Origin: Candidatus Melainabacteria bacterium 17Bon1m
GTDB lineage: Bacteria > Cyanobacteriota > Vampirovibrionia > Obscuribacterales > Obscuribacteraceae
Direction of reading: 5' to 3'
Length of the DNA: 64,000 bases
NCBI GenBank assembly: GCA_032128875.1
Contig: JAVLKG010000009.1
Span: 128,001 to 192,000, forward strand
Each line of letters begins with the position of its first letter. Position 1 is the first letter of the stretch. The notes below the pieces were generated by a model. It was not told where the DNA came from, did no database searches, and saw only the letters and a list, made by a program, of their open reading frames with translations. Of this stretch, positions 57,378-64,000 are shown piece after piece. A program made the translations under genes and the position numbers.

Positions 57378-58667
57378 TTGGAAATCAAGTTGGCTAACAC
57401 AAAATCTATGAACCCCGAGGCACAGCAGAATCAAGAAAATTCACCAGGGGCAGACTCTACTGCCGGAGGTGCGCCGGAGGGCGAGGGAAAAGGAAAGAAG
57501 GCTGGTAAAGCCGCGCTGCTTTTGATCTTCTTCACGGTATTCATCGACCTGGTCGGGTTCGGATTGATTATTCCCGTGTTGCCGACCTACGCGCAGCAAC
57601 TGCACGCGGATGATTTTGCAGTTGGTTGCGTGATCGCGACTTATTCAGTTTTCCAGTTCTTCTTCACGCCGATTTGGGGACGGATGTCCGACAAAGTGGG
57701 CAGAAGACCAATTTTGCTTTTCAGCCTTGCCGCCTCAGCTCTTGGATATTTGATCTGGGGCTTCTCCAGCTCGCTGGTGATGCTCTTTGTCTCGCGCGCA
57801 GTGGCGGGCGCAGGCAATGCCAATATCGCAGTCGCACAGGCCTATGTCAGCGACGTCACCACCAAAGAAAATCGAGCCAAGGGCATGGGGCTTGTTGGAG
57901 CGGCTTTCGGCCTGGGCTTCGTGCTCGGACCCGCAATCGGCGGTGGTTGCGTAAGCATGGGCTTCAACTTGCAAACCATTGGTTTCGTCGCAGCTGCCCT
58001 GAGCATCATCGATCTCGTGCTTACGTTTTTCCTCTTGCCCGAACCTCCGCAGCGCAGCAACGCCGGCAATGAGCGTTTCACCAAGGAAAAAAACTTCTTT
58101 CTCAATACACTCAATGATTCCAAGTTGCGCACATCGCTGCTGATCTTCTTTATCGCGACTTTTGCGTTTGCCAACATGGAAGCGACGATCGTTCTTCTGA
58201 CTACAAAGAAGCTGAACTTCGGTAGTTTCGAAAACACAATGATGTTCCTCTACATCGGGTTGCTGATTGTCTTCGTCCAGGGCGGCATGATTCACCGCCT
58301 CAACAAGAAGTACGGTGAGAAGAAGCTGATTGGCATCGGCAGCGTAATGGTGGCTCTAGGGCTTATTCTGACGCCTATTTCGTCCAACCTCTGGGTGTTG
58401 GGCGCTGCACTCTTCTTTCTTGCGGTCGGCAGTGGTTTGAACAACCCCGCCAATCAGAGCTTGTTGTCAAAGCTCGCACCGGAAGACAAGACGGGCGGAG
58501 TGCTCGGTGTGGGTCAGTCACTTTCGACACTTGGACGCATTGCCGGACCGGTTGTTGGCGGTTTTGCTTTCCAATACCTTGGCATGTCCAGCCCCTACTT
58601 CATCGGTGCGGTAGCAATGGTGGTGGCATTCGTTTTGAGTCTGAAACTGCCCGACGCTGCGGCTTAA
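57378..58667 (+). CDS. MFS transporter, TetA/DHA1-like
   Basis: 'DLVGFGLIIPVLP', 'GRMSDKVGRRP', 'AQAYVSD', 'GFVLGPAIGG'. Start may be ATG 57408. Confidence 0.93.
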   Translation: MEIKLANTKSMNPEAQQNQENSPGADSTAGGAPEGEGKGKKAGKAALLLIFFTVFIDLVGFGLIIPVLPTYAQQLHADDFAVGCVIATYSVFQFFFTPIWGRMSDKVGRRPILLFSLAASALGYLIWGFSSSLVMLFVSRAVAGAGNANIAVAQAYVSDVTTKENRAKGMGLVGAAFGLGFVLGPAIGGGCVSMGFNLQTIGFVAAALSIIDLVLTFFLLPEPPQRSNAGNERFTKEKNFFLNTLNDSKLRTSLLIFFIATFAFANMEATIVLLTTKKLNFGSFENTMMFLYIGLLIVFVQGGMIHRLNKKYGEKKLIGIGSVMVALGLILTPISSNLWVLGAALFFLAVGSGLNNPANQSLLSKLAPEDKTGGVLGVGQSLSTLGRIAGPVVGGFAFQYLGMSSPYFIGAVAMVVAFVLSLKLPDAAA

Positions 58668-58766
58668 GACCGAGACAGCGAGCCAACCCTGGCTTGAAAT
58701 CAAGCTTTTGGAATTTTCGTGTTCGGAAATACCCATCAGTTTTAGCGTTTGAAATTTATTAAAACG

Positions 58767-58931
58767 TGTTATAGTCATTGCTATACGTATTTGATGTGGG
58801 GAGGAAAAGACCGCCAAGCATCAATTAATCGGTGCGCCGTCCCGATCTTTGACCATACGGGAACCAAATGGACGACCACCGGTCTTAATACGAAAGGCTT
58901 TAGAGCTTAGCTGCTCCTGAATCGCAAGATT
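58767..58931 (+). ncRNA. Extended -10 promoter followed by a candidate structured RNA
   Basis: TGtTATAGT at 58767-58775; stems 58807-13/58880-86, 58818-22/58831-35 and 58838-42/58870-74; AATC-GCAA-GATT GNRA hairpin at 58920-31. Confidence 0.3.
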
Positions 58932-59062
58932 GACGATTGAAACCGTAGTAATCCGAAAGTTCAAAAACAAGCAGTGCTGCTCGCGGAAACAGCGTTAGAC
59001 AACACAATCTTGATCAAACTTCGCGTTGATACCAAGATTTTAAAAATAGAGATAAGAAGAAG

Positions 59063-59203
59063 ATGGAAAGAGAATACAAAACCAGTCCTAGCTCGACGAG
59101 CATGAAGTTTCAAGAAGTACAGAAGCGCTACAAGCAAGAACTTAATCGCTATCAAAAGCAGATCGAAAAGTCTAAAAGAAAAGTCGAAACCGCACGCAAA
59201 TAG
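59063..59203 (+). CDS. Putative small basic coiled-coil protein (46 aa)
   Basis: MEREYKTSPSSTSMKFQEVQKRYKQELNRYQKQIEKSKRKVETARK; purine-rich upstream sequence; below the ORF-track cutoff. Confidence 0.35.
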   Translation: MEREYKTSPSSTSMKFQEVQKRYKQELNRYQKQIEKSKRKVETARK

Positions 59204-59290
59204 CTCTATCTTTTGCCTTGGAAGTCGATATTTCGTCCGATTTCGGTTTAAATAGAACCTCAATCTAAACGAAAGATCGGACGCAATTTC

Positions 59291-60748
59291 ATGAGGCAGG
59301 AACAAGATTTGAAAGATGCGAGAGCAAAAGCTCGCCACGGTGCCACAGGCGGCGATCCGTTGCAGAGTAGTGCGCGCCGCCTTTGGCAAAACCCGCGCAT
59401 CGAAGCGACACTTTTGCCATACACGCTCCAGTCGACACAGGCTCACCTGCGCATGCTGGGCGACTGTTCGCTCATAGATCCGGAAGTGGCCGAATCACTC
59501 TCGGCGTCTGTTTCGAATCTGCGCGAGCGTGTAAACGGCGGCGAAAACATCCTGCAAAGCAATGACGAAGACGTTCTCTCGGCGGTAGAAAGACATTTGG
59601 AAGAAACAGCCGGCAGCAACGCTGGAGTCGTTCGTTTGTTCTCCACTCCGCGCGAACAGCTTTCCCTCGATACGCGCCTGTGGATGCGTGACACTGCATT
59701 AGCGACAGCCGCAAGTCTTGCGCAGCTTCGCTTCACTCTTTTGGATCTCGCCGACCAACACGCCGAGATTCACCTTCCTACGTATGTGCATCTGAAAAAA
59801 GCGCGCTCGATCATGGTTGCTGACTTCTGGCTTACATACGAATTGCGTTTTGCTCGTGACTTCAAACGTTTAGAAGAAATCCGCAAAAAATTAGACACTC
59901 TTCCTCTTACAGAGAATGTTCAACTGTCTAACGGCAAGGTTATCGATCGCCAAAGAATCGGTCAGTATCTGGGCTTTTACACCATTTTGGAAAACGGCTT
60001 GGATGCGGCGACGGATCGCGACTATCTGATGGAATTCGCCGCGTTTGCTTCCATACTGAGCGTGCACATCTCGCAATTGTCCTCGGATCTTATGACCTGG
60101 TCGACCCAAGAATTTGGCTTTGTGCGCCAGACACGTCCGTTTCATTTCTACGACCAAGAAGTTTCGCACAAGCGCAACCAGGAAGTGCTGGCGGTGCTCA
60201 GATCGCGACCGGCTGCGGTTTTCGGCGATATGCAAGAAACACTCTCTGCAATGAAAGGACTTTCAATAAATTACAGTCAGGATTTCGAAGAGTGTGTCCC
60301 AGCAGCCATCGATATTTCAGACAACATCAATTTCTTGATCGATCTTTTGATCTCTTATTTGCCCAGCCTCGAATTTGATGTCGATGCTTTGAAAGACGCA
60401 TCTAATCCGGTGATCGTCTCGGGTGAGTCGGCAATTCAATTTCTCGTCGACCGCGGCGTCGATAGAAAGAAAGCAGAGAAAGCTGTCGAAGAGCTTGTCG
60501 AATACTGCAAACAAAGACACAAGTCGCCATCTGATATGACGCTCAACGAGTGGACTCAATTCTCGATGGCTTTCGATTCAGATATATACGATGCGATTGC
60601 GAATTCCGAAATGGAGCTCACGACGAGCCACGGCAATGAATGGCTGGCGCTGGACATCGCTCGCAAGATCAAAGAGAAAGTGCAAAGCGCCCGCCTGCTT
60701 GTGGAAGACGACATGACCACCTTAGGCGCCCCGGATCTTCATATTTGA
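59291..60748 (+). CDS. argH: Argininosuccinate-lyase (fumarase/aspartase superfamily) homologue with a degenerate catalytic signature
   Basis: ArgH-like segments 'AHLRML', 'EDVLSAVERHL', 'RLWMRD', 'LPTYVHL', 'DRDYLMEF', 'HISQLSSDL..WSTQEFGFV', 'MKGL..NYSQD', 'LNEW..FS..FDSDIY'. The GSSxMPxKxNP motif is replaced by 'DQEVSHKRNQE'. Confidence 0.7.
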   Translation: MRQEQDLKDARAKARHGATGGDPLQSSARRLWQNPRIEATLLPYTLQSTQAHLRMLGDCSLIDPEVAESLSASVSNLRERVNGGENILQSNDEDVLSAVERHLEETAGSNAGVVRLFSTPREQLSLDTRLWMRDTALATAASLAQLRFTLLDLADQHAEIHLPTYVHLKKARSIMVADFWLTYELRFARDFKRLEEIRKKLDTLPLTENVQLSNGKVIDRQRIGQYLGFYTILENGLDAATDRDYLMEFAAFASILSVHISQLSSDLMTWSTQEFGFVRQTRPFHFYDQEVSHKRNQEVLAVLRSRPAAVFGDMQETLSAMKGLSINYSQDFEECVPAAIDISDNINFLIDLLISYLPSLEFDVDALKDASNPVIVSGESAIQFLVDRGVDRKKAEKAVEELVEYCKQRHKSPSDMTLNEWTQFSMAFDSDIYDAIANSEMELTTSHGNEWLALDIARKIKEKVQSARLLVEDDMTTLGAPDLHI

Positions 60749-60945
60749 GAACGACAAAAACAAGTCGCAGTCTTGCTAAAGTGAATTTCACTGTTTAAGA
60801 AACTCCGACAGAGGCGCTATTTGCCGGAATTTGAGAGCTTGCAAAGGTTTTGAAGGTAAACAAGGGCTATTGTTTACCTGTAGACTATGGGGGTTTACCA
60901 GGTTTTTCTCGTTGGGGAGGGCTTGCGAATGCAGGTCGGTCTTAG

Positions 60946-62055
60946 TTGAAGGCAATGCTTCTGGCAGCAGGCGTGGGTTCTCGCCTCGAGCCTCTGACTA
61001 CACAAGTTCCCAAACCACTCGTTCCGATTGCCAATGTGCCAGTAATGGAGCACATGCTGCGCTTATTGAAAGCGCACGGCATCGATGAGGTCTATGCCAA
61101 CCTTCATTACCTGCCGCACAAGATAACCGAGTACTTCGGCAGCGGCGACAAAGTCGGTATGAAGCTCACTTTCCGCCATGAAGAACAACTCTCGGGTGAC
61201 GCCGGTGGCGTGCGCTCGATGAAAGAACATTTGCTTGATGGCACTTTCATTGTCGTGATGGGCGATCTGCTTACTGATGCTGATTTGACGACAATCATCA
61301 AAGAACACAAAGACAAAAAGGCGCTCGCTTCTATTGCACTAAAAAAAGTAGACGATGTAACGCGTTTTGGAATTGTCGTACAAAACGAAGATGGCTTCAT
61401 CACCGGGTTTCAAGAGAAGCCTGCCGTGGAAGACGCTCTTTCCAATCTTGCCTCAACCGGTATATACATTTTAGAACCGGAGGTTTTTTCGCATATTCCT
61501 GAGACTGGTGAATTTGGATTTGGCAGACAACTGTTTCCGCAGCTTGTTGCTAAAGGCTTGCCTGTACTGGGAATTGAGATGGCGAAAGGAACATATTGGT
61601 CTGATGTAGGTGCAATTCCTCAATACCTTGAAGCAAATTTCGATGCTATTGAAGGCATTGTAAAACTTGCCGCAGATGCATGTGCCGGCGAATCGAAAAA
61701 TGGTGCGCAGCATGGTGGAAAGCCTGCTGGCGGGCGTGTTCTCGGTGCTGGAACAACTATTGATGAAACTGCAAAAATCGATGCAATTTTGATGACAGGA
61801 AAAAATTGCGAAATTGGAGCTCACGCGAAACTTTCGGGACATGTGATTCTGGGCGACAATTGCGTCGTAGAAGAAGGTGCTTCACTGACCAATTGTTTGG
61901 TGTGGGCAAATTCGAAAATCGGAAAGAGCAGCGATTTGAACAGCACCGTTGTTGCAAGTGACACCACTGTTGAGCCGAATTCGCGCCACGACAAGGCAGC
62001 GCTTGTTCCACAAAAAATCGAGCCGAAAAAACTCGCTTCGAACGGCGTTAAGTAG
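60946..62055 (+). CDS. NDP-sugar pyrophosphorylase (mannose-1-phosphate guanylyltransferase-like) with C-terminal left-handed beta-helix
   Basis: 'KAMLLAAGVGSRLEPLT..VPKPLVP', 'GD', 'FQEKP', 'TGIYI', 'WSDVG'; hexapeptide repeats. Confidence 0.9.
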   Translation: MKAMLLAAGVGSRLEPLTTQVPKPLVPIANVPVMEHMLRLLKAHGIDEVYANLHYLPHKITEYFGSGDKVGMKLTFRHEEQLSGDAGGVRSMKEHLLDGTFIVVMGDLLTDADLTTIIKEHKDKKALASIALKKVDDVTRFGIVVQNEDGFITGFQEKPAVEDALSNLASTGIYILEPEVFSHIPETGEFGFGRQLFPQLVAKGLPVLGIEMAKGTYWSDVGAIPQYLEANFDAIEGIVKLAADACAGESKNGAQHGGKPAGGRVLGAGTTIDETAKIDAILMTGKNCEIGAHAKLSGHVILGDNCVVEEGASLTNCLVWANSKIGKSSDLNSTVVASDTTVEPNSRHDKAALVPQKIEPKKLASNGVK

Positions 62056-62065
62056 CGAAAAGCCT

Positions 62066-62122
62066 GGGGTCGCATTGCATGCGACCAAAATCTTGATGGG
62101 CGCGTGCAACGCGCCCCCCCAC
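62066..62122. repeat. Inverted REP pair
   Basis: GGGGTCGCATTGCATGCGACC and GGGCGCGTGCAACGCGCCCCCCAC. Confidence 0.75.
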
Positions 62123-62201
62123 GATCATATAAAACAATTCGCGCGTGCCATCGAGACACGCGCAAATCAAGCTTAGAATCGGTAACTCAGATGGCTACTG
62201 A

Positions 62202-62411
62202 CTATGCTGCATTTTGCTCAGTTTGGGCAGCCTTCCAAATTTCCATCCACAACCAGTAATGGAAGGGATTGATGTCGTTTGCGTCCGTCGGTTCGTCCGG
62301 CTGCAGCAACGAGAGCCAGGTATGCGGATTTGGAAAGCGCTTCGCAAGAGAATAGCAGTCCGCCATCCAGAGAACTTGTTCTGTTTCGGTTGTATTCTGC
62401 TGCATAACCAT
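62202..62411 (-). CDS. Small hypothetical Trp-rich protein (69 aa)
   Basis: GGGGA RBS upstream of ATG; fills the intergenic space downstream of the HIT gene. Confidence 0.45.
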   Translation of the reverse strand: MVMQQNTTETEQVLWMADCYSLAKRFPNPHTWLSLLQPDEPTDANDINPFHYWLWMEIWKAAQTEQNAA

Positions 62412-62606
62412 CGCGGCATTCCCCGTAGTAGCGAGCCAACTGGAAAAATTTCCCGTTGATTTTCCTTTGCAGGGATCGCATCAGCTGTGATGCCCCTGCA
62501 ATTAGGTAATACCCAGTTCTCAAGCAACTAAAACCGGGTCCATTTTGTCATTACACTACAAAATCGGCGTGGGATAACACTTTCGAGTGATGCCACATAG
62601 TGCCGA

Positions 62607-62957
62607 CTAGCCCGGCGGCCAGCTCATTGCACGCCCACCCAAAATATGAATATGCAGGTGGTGTACTGTTTGTCCACCATCATCACCGGTATTCACGATC
62701 AAGCGAAAACCGTTCTGCAACTGCTCCTTCACCGCTATCTCACCGGCTTTTGAAAACAAGTGTCCAATGAGCGACGTGTCTTTTACTTCCAATATATTTT
62801 TTGCATGTCGTTTTGGAATCACGAGAATGTGCGTCGGCGCTTGCGCATTGATGTCGCGAAACGCCACCAGGTGTTCGTCTTCTGCAACTAATTTTGCAGG
62901 TATCTCGCCGGCTACTATCTTGCAAAAAATGCAGTTGGGTTCTTTGTTGTCACTCAC
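62607..62957 (-). CDS. hinT: Histidine triad nucleotide-binding protein
   Basis: 'CIFCKIV.GEIP', 'AFRDI..QAPTHILVIPK', 'GQTVHHLHIHILGG', 'WPPG'. Confidence 0.95.
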   Translation of the reverse strand: MSDNKEPNCIFCKIVAGEIPAKLVAEDEHLVAFRDINAQAPTHILVIPKRHAKNILEVKDTSLIGHLFSKAGEIAVKEQLQNGFRLIVNTGDDGGQTVHHLHIHILGGRAMSWPPG

Positions 62958-63254
62958 TGATCCGATCTCTCCAAATGTCGCGTCAATTATGGCTCAGTTT
63001 GTCCGAAATTTTCTCAACCGATCTCAACTGATATCAGTTATTCGCCACTGCATAACACCGGCAAATGCCTTGGATGGGCGTAGTCAGGGGGAATTTGTTA
63101 CTGCAAGAAAAGTAAAAGTCCAAATCGAACATAAAATAGCAATTTAAGGCTTCAGTTTATGGTAAACCTGTGTAGCTATTCGGGGCATAATGCCAAAACC
63201 GGGAGCATCCCTATATAAGTGCTTTGGGGCGTGCGTTCATAAAGGGGAGAGTAA

Positions 63255-64000
63255 ATGACCAGTGAAACCAACCTTCTGCCGCGCATGGTTACTATGCAGA
63301 AGGCTCTGTTGGCGTCTTTGCGGTTGAAAGACGTTTTGGATGCTGCAGTCTTGCAATTCGCTGAGCTGCTGGGCGGCGCCAAGGTGGCGATTTTCCTTTC
63401 CGACAACGAAAGTCTGGCACTTAAGTTGATGGCGGCGAAAGGATACTCCGATGCTTCCCTTGAGCAAATGAAGGTTTTGCCCTTCTCGGCTGAAAGCTTG
63501 CTCAAGTATGTGGTCCAAAAACGCACCCCGATTGGTGTTCAAAACCTCCAACAGGCGCCCGAGATCAGCAATCAGATTATGCGCCGCGAAGGCAGCAACG
63601 GTCAGATCGCCTTACCTCTTATCTCCGCTAACTTACTAGTAGGTGGGGTTCTCATCGAGGTCCACAATCAGACTTTCCTCAATTACATCGACTTTCTGAA
63701 AGACATCGCCGACATTGTGGCGCTGGCCATCGCTAATTCCATTCTCTTTGGACGCAGCGAGTACGAAAGAGAAAGACTGAGCACCTTGTACAAGACGTCC
63801 TGCGCCCTCTCAGGCAGTGTTCTGGAAGTGGGCGATGTGTTGCAGATTGCGGCAGACACCGCACTCATCCTTGGCAACACGACTACCTGTGCCATTCTCC
63901 TGCTCGATGCAAACAAGCAAGGTTTTCATTTGGCAGCCTTCAAAGGACTCGACGGCAGCAGCCTGGGTGATTTCGAGATGGGCACGCAGAATACTATTGC
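63255..64000 (+). CDS. Partial (3'-truncated) multi-GAF sensory protein
   Basis: Not in the ORF track because it has no stop in the window. GGGGAG RBS, ATG 63255, translation MTSETNLLPR...'IALPLISANLLVGGVLIE'...'DIVALAIANSILF', then the start of a second GAF. Confidence 0.85.
   Translation, partial: MTSETNLLPRMVTMQKALLASLRLKDVLDAAVLQFAELLGGAKVAIFLSDNESLALKLMAAKGYSDASLEQMKVLPFSAESLLKYVVQKRTPIGVQNLQQAPEISNQIMRREGSNGQIALPLISANLLVGGVLIEVHNQTFLNYIDFLKDIADIVALAIANSILFGRSEYERERLSTLYKTSCALSGSVLEVGDVLQIAADTALILGNTTTCAILLLDANKQGFHLAAFKGLDGSSLGDFEMGTQNTI

Noticed and set aside
58797-58813. GGGGAGGAAAAGACCG resembling the RNase P RNA GAGGAAAGUCC motif
   Set aside because: The match is imperfect and the complementary 3' P4 motif was not found.
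58832-58840. GTGCG as the 5' end of a group II intron
   Set aside because: No domain V/VI and no reverse transcriptase ORF found downstream.
1-64000. Prophage, IS/transposase, integron, rRNA/tRNA or known anti-phage defence genes
   Set aside because: No supporting motifs seen in the ORF track or in intergenic regions read by eye.

Overview
Mostly ordinary bacterial chromosome at moderate GC. The housekeeping genes look cyanobacterial, no photosynthesis genes are present, and there are three zinc-ribbon/Hanks-kinase/TM/TPR proteins. I infer a non-photosynthetic cyanobacterial relative (Vampirovibrionia/'Melainabacteria', probably Obscuribacterales); this is inference only. Contents in order: an MBOAT + SGNH O-acylation pair; a reductive pyrimidine catabolism operon (class-III aminotransferase, beta-ureidopropionase, preT, preA) with no dihydropyrimidinase and a highly structured 5' leader; divergent azoR/AraC genes with a NemR-type palindrome between them; a TetR-MFP-RND efflux operon; a tandemly duplicated convergent module of a secreted DUF4412-like protein and a receptor Ser/Thr kinase; pyrD; two GT-C (TMTC/PMT-like) glycosyltransferases; GH1, dsbD, bcp; a membrane-anchored Roadblock/MglB protein with 16 KPEP repeats; pheT, pheS, obgE; a tandem double-PC4 ssDNA-binding protein behind a GATC/AGATCT cluster; M23 peptidase, sepF, yggS, rsmE, accD, accA; a third kinase; an MFS transporter; an argininosuccinate-lyase homologue lacking its catalytic signature; an NDP-sugar synthase; HIT; and a partial GAF protein. 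A GTAG-type REP family occurs at seven intergenic loci, two of them with tandem amplification of the REP ends. I found no CRISPR array, rRNA, tRNA, transposase or prophage. Best leads: the riboswitch-like leader of the pyrimidine catabolism operon, the duplicated secreted-protein/receptor-kinase module (one kinase apparently starts at CTG), the membrane-tethered MglB, the single-chain PC4 dimer, and the ArgH pseudo-enzyme. RNA structures were paired by eye and not computed.
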